This document shows positions 29,185 through 42,506 of a DNA stretch of 64,000 bases, one piece after another (positions within the stretch are counted from its first letter, which is position 1; every line of letters begins with the position of its first letter). The stretch is from a bacterium. GTDB lineage: Bacteria > Patescibacteriota > Patescibacteriia > JACPHY01. The notes below the pieces were generated by a model. It did not search any database, was not told the origin of the DNA, and saw only the letters and a list, made by a program, of their open reading frames with translations. The stretch lies in contig JAUSKG010000022.1 of the NCBI GenBank assembly GCA_030647005.1, positions 18,196 through 82,195 of the forward strand, read 5' to 3'. Made by a program: the position numbers and the translations under genes.

Positions 29185-29963
29185 ACAATACCCGTTGCTC
29201 CGGGAGCAGTAGTATTCATATACCACGCCCTGCCGACGCCAGCATCAATCCAATTATTCACCCGATTGATCTCCGGATGCGCGTCAAGGAAGGATATGAT
29301 GCGCGGGAAGTCCAGCGGTACCGCTGGCGACAACCCAATCCCCGCATAGATGGCCCGCATCACCACCAAATCCTCCGGCCAATCCACGGTGAGCCGATAC
29401 CGCTGCGGATCAATGGACAGCGGTGCGGGATGGTTCATGACGTGAAATTCCTCCGGATGTTCACGGATGTAAAGCCCGCAGAGCTCGCTCCGATGCCGCT
29501 CGTCCCCCTTTTCCCACGATGCGCGCAGGGCATCGGTACGAATAATCTGAAATGATGCCCCATCCGGCAACCCGAACACCCCAGAATAATCCAAGGCGTG
29601 CTCCTGATGGTACTGCCACACGCTCGGTAAACACCCGAGATATGGAAATGGACTCTCCGTCGTCACACGGAACACATGATCCGCACCCACGCGCTCGGCC
29701 CCCAGGATGAGCCGACGCAATACATCACGCTCATCGCCAACCACAAATGGGATCCCATACGCTGCGCTCTTCTGCCGATACACCGCGTTCTCTTCGCGCT
29801 CGGAAATACAGAGCACGATGTCGTCAATCTCGAGCCGCTGCTGCAGCTGCGCAACGAGATAATCGAGAATCGAAACGCCGCGCTCCACGTCGAGGTTCTG
29901 GAGTGGCTTCGCATACAATCGCGACGACTGGTTGCGACACGCGAGGATGGCGGCAAGTTTCAT
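29181..29963 (-). CDS. cytidylyltransferase-like (SpsF/NeuA family) 3
   Basis: MKLAAILACRNQSSRLYAKPL cytidylyltransferase N-terminal motif. Confidence 0.65.
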   Translation of the reverse strand: MKLAAILACRNQSSRLYAKPLQNLDVERGVSILDYLVAQLQQRLEIDDIVLCISEREENAVYRQKSAAYGIPFVVGDERDVLRRLILGAERVGADHVFRVTTESPFPYLGCLPSVWQYHQEHALDYSGVFGLPDGASFQIIRTDALRASWEKGDERHRSELCGLYIREHPEEFHVMNHPAPLSIDPQRYRLTVDWPEDLVVMRAIYAGIGLSPAVPLDFPRIISFLDAHPEINRVNNWIDAGVGRAWYMNTTAPGATGIV

Positions 29964-30964
29964 ACAAGATCACCAGCTGCAATGATCGTGTCCGATGCGA
30001 TTGCACGACGCGCACGCTTTCCTATAACATCCGCAACTGCGGTGATGGTATTAATCTTGCTCGTGCGCTTCAGGATAAGATCCTCGGCACACATCACCTC
30101 GCCCGGCGCGATGTCTCGGTACGCGCACACCGTCCGCTGCAGCTTCTTGCGGTACGCCCACTCCCGATCGGTGAGTGCCCACTCCTGCGAACCGAGCGCA
30201 GCGTATGCGGTTTTTACTTTCTGGGAAAAATCGAGAAACTCTTCCGGGGTGAGCGCAGACACCCAATCTTCCATACCCGCCCTGCGGGAGAGCGTCAGGT
30301 GCTTCTCAATCACGGTCGCCCCCAATCCGATCGCCATGAACGCCGTGAACGGCGCGAGATCGGAATCACCAGCGGTGTGATCCTGAAACCCGATGGACGC
30401 ACGATACCGCTCTGCCAGCGTCGTGATTCTTCGAAGATTGTTATCTGCAATATCGGTTGGTTCTGCCTGAAACCCATGCATGATCGTGATCGGATGCCCG
30501 GCGAAAAGTGCAACGGCGGCATCCACTTCATCGGGGAGACACCCGCCCGTTGAAATGAGCATGTGCCGCTCGCGACTGCTCTGTGCGGCGACCACATGGA
30601 GGAGCGGGGTGTTCGCAATGTTGCTCGTATGCACTTTGTAGCCATCAACGCCGATCCGCTCTAACATCGCAAAGGACGCGCGACCGATAGCATCGGCGTA
30701 AAACGCCATACCTCGCGCGTGCGCATCGGCAACTGCCCGCTCCCACACCGCAGGCGGAAGCTCGAGCTGCTTGTACAGCGCGTAGTGCGTGTAATCGGGG
30801 AATGCCGACTCGTCCGCGTAGAAAATCTGAAACTTCACCGCGTCCGCTCCCGCGGCGGCAGCGGCCTGCACGAACAATGCAACAAGTTTTTCGCTCCCTT
30901 CGTATCCTTGCGCAACCTCCGCAATGAGGAATGGCGGCGCAGCGGTCACAAATGTGGTGCTCAT
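29960..30964 (-). CDS. NeuB/PseI-family nonulosonic acid synthase 3 (divergent)
   Basis: FLIAEVAQGYEGS...AGADAVKFQI, a NeuB TIM-barrel plus SAF domain. Start trimmed to MSTTF. Confidence 0.75.
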   Translation of the reverse strand: MSTTFVTAAPPFLIAEVAQGYEGSEKLVALFVQAAAAAGADAVKFQIFYADESAFPDYTHYALYKQLELPPAVWERAVADAHARGMAFYADAIGRASFAMLERIGVDGYKVHTSNIANTPLLHVVAAQSSRERHMLISTGGCLPDEVDAAVALFAGHPITIMHGFQAEPTDIADNNLRRITTLAERYRASIGFQDHTAGDSDLAPFTAFMAIGLGATVIEKHLTLSRRAGMEDWVSALTPEEFLDFSQKVKTAYAALGSQEWALTDREWAYRKKLQRTVCAYRDIAPGEVMCAEDLILKRTSKINTITAVADVIGKRARRAIASDTIIAAGDLV

Positions 30965-32085
30965 AGGGATTGCGTGGTGCGCGTGAGCATCACAAATTGC
31001 CCACGACGACCGACCGCACGAAACCCAGCTGACGCGAAGAGTGCGAGCGACGCCGCATTCTCTTCGGCAATCTCCGCGGTGATGGAACGCACGTCGGGGA
31101 ATGCGGTCCGGCACGCCGCACCCGCCTCACGCAACGCGGCCGCGCCCAATCCCTTGCCGCGATGCTCGGCGGCGATCGCAAGCGTGATCTCCGCGGTATC
31201 CGCGTGCTGATCAAAGCGCACCTGCCCTACCGGCATCCCATCGGTGCTGACGATGTACAGCGCACGCGTAGGATCCGCGAGTACGGATGCCACCCATGCG
31301 ACGTGCGCATCCCATGGGACCGCATGCGGTGTACGGTAAAACTGGTACGCAGAAGGATCATTTCGCCACGCGAAGAGCGTCGCCGCATCCGCGAGCGTCG
31401 CGGGCCGGAGCGTCACCACACGCGACATGCGCGCGGCAAGATGCCGTTCGGCATCGGCGGGCGCTGCGACGTGCGCGGCATACGCACGGATCTTCGCGTA
31501 CTCCAGTATGACGGCTGCGGCAGCGGTATCCCGGCGTTCGCTCGGCACCGCACCCCACGGCAACTCCGCGGGCTGGTTCACGATACGCCCAAACCACCCG
31601 ACCTCCTGCGCGCGCTTCAGGAACGTGAGAAACGCGCGGAGCTGGTGGTGTGGGGAGGCGACGAGGAGAAGTGTACGCCATTGATACTCCTGCGCGAGCG
31701 CGAGCACATGAACGGCCTGATCGCGCGTATGCATCGCATTGGCATCGAGTACGATGGCCGATACGGGCACCGCGCGTTCGCAGAGCCACCCCGCGAGATG
31801 GTCCACGGTCACCGGAGAGCGAACACGATTGCCCGTAATCGCGACCTGCGCAGCAAAACCGCCGCGAAACAACGCAAGAACCTTCGCTCCCCTATCGTAT
31901 CCGTTGCCCTGGAGCCACACAATCGCATCCGCACGCTCCGGTGCCTGCGTCAGGATACGCGCGTGGATCGCGTCGAGCGCGGGATTACCCGACAGCGGCA
32001 TGCCATCGCGTGGGGTCCACGAGGCCGCTGGTTCCTGGAGGGACATACTGTTCAAGGATAGCAGCACATGCACCGCACGGCGCAT
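30961..32085 (-). CDS. DUF218(YdcF/SanA-like)–GNAT acetyltransferase fusion
   Basis: The N-terminal half reads ADAIVWLQGNGYDRGAKVLALF (DUF218-like). The C-terminal half reads RFDQHADTAEITLAIAAEHRGKGLGAAAL (GNAT motif A). Start is uncertain (32046–32247). Confidence 0.5.
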   Translation of the reverse strand: MRRAVHVLLSLNSMSLQEPAASWTPRDGMPLSGNPALDAIHARILTQAPERADAIVWLQGNGYDRGAKVLALFRGGFAAQVAITGNRVRSPVTVDHLAGWLCERAVPVSAIVLDANAMHTRDQAVHVLALAQEYQWRTLLLVASPHHQLRAFLTFLKRAQEVGWFGRIVNQPAELPWGAVPSERRDTAAAAVILEYAKIRAYAAHVAAPADAERHLAARMSRVVTLRPATLADAATLFAWRNDPSAYQFYRTPHAVPWDAHVAWVASVLADPTRALYIVSTDGMPVGQVRFDQHADTAEITLAIAAEHRGKGLGAAALREAGAACRTAFPDVRSITAEIAEENAASLALFASAGFRAVGRRGQFVMLTRTTQSL

Positions 32086-32869
32086 TCCACGCTGCTGCGA
32101 GTTCCGCAACCTGCAATGCCGTCTCTGCGCCAACGAGCACGTCCGCAGCAGGGCATCGTTCACGCACGTACGCAAGTGCCAGCGCGATCGGCGAAACCGC
32201 ACGGTCATCACACACACGCCGAATACCCGCGAGTGCCTCGCGTGCACCCGGAATCGGCGGCGCGTCGTCCGGCGCCATCGTCAGGAGCCCTTGGAGCAGC
32301 ACGCTCCGCACGACGATACGCTTTCCCAACGCGGCAGCGCGATCGAATATCTCGGCTGTGAGAAACCGACGATCCACGATGCTCGTGGGTACCTGCACGA
32401 ATGTGACATCCGTGAGCGCCAACGCAGCCAACGCCTCCTCCGGAGTGTAGACCGATATCCCGATATGCTCAACGACGCCGCCACCGATCATCTGCACGAG
32501 TGCAGGACGAACCGTGCCCCACCGCGCGAGGAGCGTCCGCCGCACCAGGAGACCATCGAGTCGCGCAACGCCAAGGCGCTCCCGCGATGCACCCACGCTC
32601 TGCACGATCGCCGCCGCATCCGCGCCGTCACCTTCCGCCCCCAGTTTCGTCGTGACCCGCGCGGCATCAGCGATGTCGAGCGTACGGAATGCCGCTCCCA
32701 TTCGCTCCTCGGCATCCCCGTAGTCCGGCGCCGTATCGAACGCACGAACTCCCGCCCCCCACGCTGCCGCGATAATCGCATGCGCGCCAACCATATCTGG
32801 CTGCCCGACACGATTGGCAATGCCGTACCGCTGCCCAAGTTGAGCCGTACCGAGCATGAGATTACCCAT
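31985..32869 (-). CDS. aldo/keto reductase
   Basis: LGTAQLGQRYG...FDTAPDYGDAEE AKR signature. Confidence 0.75.
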   Translation of the reverse strand: MGNLMLGTAQLGQRYGIANRVGQPDMVGAHAIIAAAWGAGVRAFDTAPDYGDAEERMGAAFRTLDIADAARVTTKLGAEGDGADAAAIVQSVGASRERLGVARLDGLLVRRTLLARWGTVRPALVQMIGGGVVEHIGISVYTPEEALAALALTDVTFVQVPTSIVDRRFLTAEIFDRAAALGKRIVVRSVLLQGLLTMAPDDAPPIPGAREALAGIRRVCDDRAVSPIALALAYVRERCPAADVLVGAETALQVAELAAAWNAPCGACAAILEQYVPPGTSGLVDPTRWHAAVG

Positions 32870-32944
32870 ACATAGCCATTGCAGTCCGTATCCCCTGCGC
32901 TGTCAAACGAAACGCCGCCCGGGATATCGGGCGGCGCACTGGTA

Positions 32945-33991
32945 TCATACGGGGCCGCGTGCGTCGAGGTACCGCGCCCGGAAGTCCGCAATGATGCGCT
33001 CAGCGGACCACTGACGGAACGGAATTTCGAGGCAAACAATTTCCATGGTCTTGAGCGCGTCGCGGATCGGCGCTGGAGCCGGCGCGTCCATGTAGTCGCT
33101 CACATCAATAAGTGTCGGCGGGATGCCAGAGAAGTGACAGATGGGCCAGTGCGGCAGCGCGAGGTACGCCGCAATGGAGCGATCAAACCAATCGAGCACC
33201 GAGCACGTCGGGGATTCCTTTGCCAGCACGGTGTACTGATTTACAGCAACCGCAACGTGTGTGAAATCAATGAGGCAGCGCCACCCGGACCCGAGGGCGA
33301 CGAGGAGCATCTCCATGTCCTCCGGCGTACCACCGAACCCCCAAAACATATCCCGACTCCAGGACGTGCGCGCACCAATCACGGCCTCGTACCACTCCCG
33401 CTTGACGACAGGGGGCACGTTCTCCACCGCGAGACACGACCCATCATCGAGACCACCGAGTGCGTCCATCATCCGCCGCCGCGCCTCGCCGTCATCGTGG
33501 TACTGCCCGTACCCGGGATGCACCACGCCCATGGGGATGCCATGCGGGCGCACTGCTGCGCGTGCGACGCATTTCCCCCACACGATGGTTTCCGCGCACC
33601 ATTCCGCCCAGCTGCGATCGAGCGGTCTCCCGCGTATCGCGTAGGAACCGGTCTCGTCGAATCGCTCCGCAAAATCCACCCCGCAGTTCTCGGCACCGAA
33701 GTGCACAAACACTGGCATTCCGGTGGGCAGTCGAGCCACGATGCCCGGCAGATCATCCGTGGTGACCCCAGGTGTGTAGCTCGAATGTGCGACGCGCATC
33801 TGAATACCCTGTATGATGCCACGCTCGAAGAGCACGCACTGGAGTACGAAGTGCTGATCCTGTGCGACGAGATTCTCAAACCACAATCCACCGTAGACAT
33901 CTACCATCACTATTCTCCATGGAAAAGAACCACGCCGCAACAGTATCCTGCTGCGGCGAAAGACGCAAGTATCTGCGGTACCACACGTCAA
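32945..33991 (-). CDS. hypothetical protein (348 aa)
   Basis: Long ORF in the operon frame pattern. Its start overlaps the upstream stop by ATGA. No family recognised. Confidence 0.4.
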   Translation of the reverse strand: MTCGTADTCVFRRSRILLRRGSFPWRIVMVDVYGGLWFENLVAQDQHFVLQCVLFERGIIQGIQMRVAHSSYTPGVTTDDLPGIVARLPTGMPVFVHFGAENCGVDFAERFDETGSYAIRGRPLDRSWAEWCAETIVWGKCVARAAVRPHGIPMGVVHPGYGQYHDDGEARRRMMDALGGLDDGSCLAVENVPPVVKREWYEAVIGARTSWSRDMFWGFGGTPEDMEMLLVALGSGWRCLIDFTHVAVAVNQYTVLAKESPTCSVLDWFDRSIAAYLALPHWPICHFSGIPPTLIDVSDYMDAPAPAPIRDALKTMEIVCLEIPFRQWSAERIIADFRARYLDARGPV

Positions 33992-36513
33992 TTGTACCTC
34001 CGGAACACCGGCTTCACTGCGGGTCCCACGAGATACCGATCACGGTGCGCGGTATCATTGAGCGCGCGCGAATACGCGGGGAGCACGCGCTCCACTGCGG
34101 CGAGCGTCTCGGCAATCTCCGCGTCGCCGTGTGAGAAGGAAAGCACAAACGCACCTTGGAAGAGCATCCGCTCCTTGATCATCTCCTGCAGGAGTATCGT
34201 CTTCAGTACGAGCGAAACCGTCCCATCGCGCTCGGTGCACTGTACCATCGTGTTGCATGGGAAACCGATGACGCGGATGGAATCGGTAAGCCCTGCGGCG
34301 GCAAGGCGGCTACGAAGACCGTTCTGGAGCTGCACCCCGCGCTCCCAGAGGTGCCGTGCAACATCCTCGCGCTCGACCGTGATGATCGCTGCATACGCTG
34401 CCGCAAGCGCAATCGTTTCTGCGCCGTGGGTCGTCGAAATAAGAAACACGCGCGGCTTATCGTGATGGAGACCGCCGAGCTCCATGACATCGCGCCGTCC
34501 GGCGAGCACTGCGCACGAGTATCCGTTGGCAATGCCCTTGCCGTACGTCGAAAGATCCGGATGGATCTTGTACCGCGCCTGCGCGCCACCGATACCAAAC
34601 CGGAAGCCCGTAATCATCTCGTCCATGATGAGCAACGCGCCCTCGCGTGCAGTAATCGCGCGCACGCCCTCCAAAAACCCAGGCGCCGGATCTTCCGTGG
34701 TCATCGCCTCCATAATGACGCACGCAATCTCTCCGGGATGCTCCGCGAAAAGCTGCTCGACACTCGCGAGATCGTTATAGGCGAACTTTAATGTCAATCC
34801 CTTAATCTCCTCGGGGACGCCTGCGTCGCATGCAGTGGTGCCAATGAACCAATCGTCGTAACTGAAGAACGGCTGATTGCACGCGGCGATGTACTTCCGT
34901 CCGGTAAACGCCCGCGCGAGCTTCGTTGCCGCCGTCGTCACTGTGGAACCATTCTTTGCAAACTTGACCATGTCCGCGTGCGGAAGTTTCGCGGTGAGGA
35001 GATCTGCAAGCTCAAACTCGACAACGTGCGGGCGTCCAAAATTGGTGCCCATGTCCATCTGCGCGCGCACGGCCTCCTGCACCGCCGGGTAGCAGTGCCC
35101 AAGGAGCACGGAGCGCAACCCCATGCACCAGTCCACATACTCCACGCCGTCGCTACCGATCACGCGCGCACCATTCCCGCGCACGATGGCCGCGGGCGCA
35201 TTGGCGGAGAACTGATCATCGCCTTTCGAATTCGTATGCGCACCACCGGGGATAAGATCATGGCGGCGAGCGAGGAGCGCATCGAGTGACGCGCTGGTGC
35301 GCGGAGAGACATCACGACGTGCAGGGAGTGCGGAATAGTGTTGGATGCATTGCGTGACGGTGGCGATGACACGCTGCACGTCGTCATCACTCATGGCAGG
35401 GAAGAGCGGAATCGTGAGGCAGTGGTCGTAGTACGCCTCGGCGCTCGGACACCGCACGGCAGCGTACGCGGACTGCGCACGGTAGTACGGGTGACGGTAC
35501 ACGGGGAGATAGTGTACTTGCGTCCCAACCCCGCGAGCAGCGAGGTCCGCAACGACTGCCGCGCGCGTCGTCCCGAGCGCGGCAAAATCACACTGGAGGA
35601 CATACAGGTGCGCGTTCGTCACGCGATCGGGCAGCCATGTCGGCGGCGTGAGGTGTGGGATACCGGAAAACGCCGCATCGTACGCCGCGACGATCGCGCG
35701 ACGGCGCGCCATGAACTGCGGGAGCTTCTGGAGCTGCGAAATGCCGAGTGCCGCCTGGAGATCCGTGAGGAAGTAGTTGTACCCCAATGCAATCTCCTCG
35801 TGATACCACGGCCCGTCAGCCGGTGATCGAAACTGAAGCGGGTCTTTCGTGATGCCGTGACCGCGGAGCAGCGCGATGCGATCGCGGAGCGCCGCATCGC
35901 GCGCGGTGACTGCGCCGCCTTCCCCAGTCGTAATGTGCTTCACGGGATGAAAGCTGAACACCGCGAAATCGCTCTGCGTGCACGCACCGATGATCTGCCC
36001 GCGATAGACGGACCCGAGCGTATGGCACGCGTCCTCAATAATCCAAACCTTCTTGCCAAATCGCCGCTCCGCATCGCGCGCGATCATGGCGATTGCGTCC
36101 ATGTCCGCGCTCTGTCCGGCAAAGTGCACGGGAATGATCGCGCGCGTCCGTGCAGTCACCTTCCGTGCAACATCCGCGACATCCACGCATGTCGTCGCGG
36201 GGTCAACGTCCGCGAACACCGTCACCGCACCGCAGTATGCAACGCAGTTTGCACTTGCTGCGAAGGTGATCGCAGGAACAATAACCTCATCGCCCGTACC
36301 AATTCCTGCCGCGAGACAAGCGAGGTGCAGTCCCGCAGTTCCGGAAGAGCATGCGACGACGTGCGGCGTACCAACGACCGGGACGAGCGCGCGCTCAAAT
36401 GCGGCAATCGTCGGCCCGCGGGCGATCGTCGCAGACCGGAGGACCGCAGCTACCGCCGCGATGTCGTCCGCATCCACCATCTGGCGTCCGTACGGAATGA
36501 TCTGCTCGTTCAT
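33988..36513 (-). CDS. bifunctional DegT-type aminotransferase / glutamate-1-semialdehyde-2,1-aminomutase-like (class III aminotransferase) fusion (841 aa)
   Basis: The N-terminal half reads VVACSSGTAGLHLA...GDEVIVPAITFAASA...FSFHPVKHI (DegT). The C-terminal half reads GGAHTNSKG...DEMITGFRFG...TYGKGIANG (HemL-like PLP fold). Confidence 0.75.
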   Translation of the reverse strand: MNEQIIPYGRQMVDADDIAAVAAVLRSATIARGPTIAAFERALVPVVGTPHVVACSSGTAGLHLACLAAGIGTGDEVIVPAITFAASANCVAYCGAVTVFADVDPATTCVDVADVARKVTARTRAIIPVHFAGQSADMDAIAMIARDAERRFGKKVWIIEDACHTLGSVYRGQIIGACTQSDFAVFSFHPVKHITTGEGGAVTARDAALRDRIALLRGHGITKDPLQFRSPADGPWYHEEIALGYNYFLTDLQAALGISQLQKLPQFMARRRAIVAAYDAAFSGIPHLTPPTWLPDRVTNAHLYVLQCDFAALGTTRAAVVADLAARGVGTQVHYLPVYRHPYYRAQSAYAAVRCPSAEAYYDHCLTIPLFPAMSDDDVQRVIATVTQCIQHYSALPARRDVSPRTSASLDALLARRHDLIPGGAHTNSKGDDQFSANAPAAIVRGNGARVIGSDGVEYVDWCMGLRSVLLGHCYPAVQEAVRAQMDMGTNFGRPHVVEFELADLLTAKLPHADMVKFAKNGSTVTTAATKLARAFTGRKYIAACNQPFFSYDDWFIGTTACDAGVPEEIKGLTLKFAYNDLASVEQLFAEHPGEIACVIMEAMTTEDPAPGFLEGVRAITAREGALLIMDEMITGFRFGIGGAQARYKIHPDLSTYGKGIANGYSCAVLAGRRDVMELGGLHHDKPRVFLISTTHGAETIALAAAYAAIITVEREDVARHLWERGVQLQNGLRSRLAAAGLTDSIRVIGFPCNTMVQCTERDGTVSLVLKTILLQEMIKERMLFQGAFVLSFSHGDAEIAETLAAVERVLPAYSRALNDTAHRDRYLVGPAVKPVFRRYN

Positions 36514-37565
36514 ACTGGTGCGCCGGACGGCGTTGCAATCGGTATGTGCAGGTGCTCGGCATGCTGTGCGCCATCGAGTACCGCAATGGCCTGCCGAAGA
36601 TGCGACACATCAAAGAACCAGGAGTTACTGTCTGAACTGTACTCAAACCCATCGCGACAACGCGCTGCGTCCCGGTACGCTGCAGCGCGCTGTGCAAAAC
36701 GATCCTGCGGGAGGAGCATGTAGTACCCACGGAATTCCAGCGTGTTCCGGGAGTCATCACGACCAATGAGCACTTCGTGGATCTTTTCTCCCGGACGAAT
36801 ACCGACATGCTCCTGTCGAACGCCTGGCGCAATCGCTTCCGCGAGATCAGAAATTTTCATCGAGGGAATCTTCGGCACGAAAATCTCATACCCCTTTGCG
36901 GCCATGAGCACGCCGAGCACAAACCGCGCCGCCTGATCGAGCGTAATCCAGAACCGCGTCATGCGGGGGTCTGTAACCGGAATAACACCCTGTACCGCGC
37001 ACTGCCGGAAGTACGGAATGACTGACCCACGGGAACCTATGACATTTCCATACCGTACAACCGTAAAAACCTTCTCATGTCCACTGCCGTACGCGTTCGC
37101 GGCAATGAAAAGCTTGTCCGAGCAGAGCTTCGTTGCGCCGTAAAGATTGATCGGGTTACACGCCTTGTCTGTCGAGAGCGCAATAACACGCTTCACGCCA
37201 TTCTCCAACGCAGCATCAATGACATGCATAGCACCCATGACGTTCGTGCGAATGCACTCCGCGGGATTGTACTCCGCGGCCGGAACCTGCTTCAATGCCG
37301 CTGCGTGCACGACGTAGTCCACTCCATGGAATGCACGGATGAGCCGCTCGCGATCACGCACGTCACCGATGAAGTACCGGAGACAGGGGTACCGCTCGGT
37401 GCTCAACTGTTGCTGCATCTCATATTGCTTGAGCTCATCGCGGCTGAAGATGATGAGTTTCTTCGGTTTCCAATTCGCGAGGATGTACTGGGTGAGTTGC
37501 TTACCCAGTGAACCGGTGCCGCCGGTAATGAGAATGGTGCTGCCGTCGAACTCCGCGTATGGCAT
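36510..37565 (-). CDS. pseB: UDP-N-acetylglucosamine 4,6-dehydratase (inverting), PseB/FlaA1/CapD-like
   Basis: ILITGGTGSLGK, YFIGDVRDRERL, IHAAALKQVPAAEYNP, NPINLYGATKLCSDKLF and VRYGNVIGSRGSVIP are near-identical in pattern to H. pylori FlaA1/PseB. Confidence 0.85.
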   Translation of the reverse strand: MPYAEFDGSTILITGGTGSLGKQLTQYILANWKPKKLIIFSRDELKQYEMQQQLSTERYPCLRYFIGDVRDRERLIRAFHGVDYVVHAAALKQVPAAEYNPAECIRTNVMGAMHVIDAALENGVKRVIALSTDKACNPINLYGATKLCSDKLFIAANAYGSGHEKVFTVVRYGNVIGSRGSVIPYFRQCAVQGVIPVTDPRMTRFWITLDQAARFVLGVLMAAKGYEIFVPKIPSMKISDLAEAIAPGVRQEHVGIRPGEKIHEVLIGRDDSRNTLEFRGYYMLLPQDRFAQRAAAYRDAARCRDGFEYSSDSNSWFFDVSHLRQAIAVLDGAQHAEHLHIPIATPSGAPV

Positions 37566-37574
37566 AGATGATCG

Positions 37575-38276
37575 TTACCGATTTTCCGATGATGCCGGTG
37601 CGCGCATGTAGGAGGTCATGGTACTCCCAGCGAGAGCGTGCGCAGCGAGTCCGGGAAGACGACTCACGAGAAACAACGCGTTACCAGCTGCGGAGGGAAA
37701 GCCGAGCGCGAGCGCGAGCGCCGCAAGGCATCCGTCCACATTCAGAGGGATACGACGACCCTTCGCCGTCGCGAGTGCCTCCGAGAGCGCACGAGCACGC
37801 TCCAAAGGAGGCCCTGCGATCCCGAGCGTCGAGGCGCGAATAAAAAGTGCGGTGGTCCGCGGGTCCTCCTCCGTATACACCTTATGCCCAAAACCGGGGA
37901 GACGTTCGTCTGCGGCGATGGCTGCATGCACAACCGCGACCGGATCGCCCGCGCGCGCTAACAACTCCATCGCCGCACTCACCGCGCACCCGTGCCGCGG
38001 CCCCATGGTGAGAATGCCGGCGGCGATCGCGGTGTGGAGCGCGTTCCCCGTCGAAGCCGAGACCCGCGCCGCCACGGTGGATGGTGGCTCCTCTCCGTGA
38101 TCGCACGCAGCGACGAGCATCGCATCGAGCATGGCGCGCTCGCGCTCAAGCGGCCGCGATCCGCGAAGGAGGAGAAACACCACATCCACGAACGATGCCT
38201 CGGCGATGAGGGACGCGAGCGGAACGCCGACAACGTCGGGTGCATGCTCATGATGCGTGGAATTCATAGTATGCAT
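37575..38276 (-). CDS. citrate synthase-family small protein (citryl-CoA lyase-like)
   Basis: GFGHKVYTEEDPR, the canonical citrate-synthase catalytic His motif. Only the ~230-aa small-domain form is present. First gene of the long minus-strand array. Confidence 0.55.
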   Translation of the reverse strand: MHTMNSTHHEHAPDVVGVPLASLIAEASFVDVVFLLLRGSRPLERERAMLDAMLVAACDHGEEPPSTVAARVSASTGNALHTAIAAGILTMGPRHGCAVSAAMELLARAGDPVAVVHAAIAADERLPGFGHKVYTEEDPRTTALFIRASTLGIAGPPLERARALSEALATAKGRRIPLNVDGCLAALALALGFPSAAGNALFLVSRLPGLAAHALAGSTMTSYMRAPASSENR

Positions 38277-38425
38277 ACCACTGCTCCGCGACGAACAGCG
38301 TGCATCTCTCCAAGCTCCTGAAGAGTGCCGCAACATCCGTATCCCCATCATTGCGAAACAACGAGAGCGTGTCCAATGAACGAAATGCAGCCCCCAGAAG
38401 AGGGGCTGCACGTACTCCACCAACG

Positions 38426-42400
<3,975 letters not shown>

Positions 42401-42442
42401 CACGTCCTCCGTCGTTCCGTTGTTCTGTTGTGAAGGAGCTCC

Positions 42443-42490
42443 TCTTCCCCGCTCAACCCCATGTTGCCATGGGGTTGAGCGGGGAAGAGG
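42443..42490 (-). terminator. perfect ~20-bp-stem hairpin between two minus-strand genes (candidate terminator/attenuator; no U-tract)
   Basis: TCTTCCCCGCTCAACCCCAT-gttgcc-ATGGGGTTGAGCGGGGAAGA, located between the stop of gene 42507..43475 and the start of the giant repeat protein. Confidence 0.35.
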
Positions 42491-42506
42491 CGCGTCGCAA
42501 CGCGCC

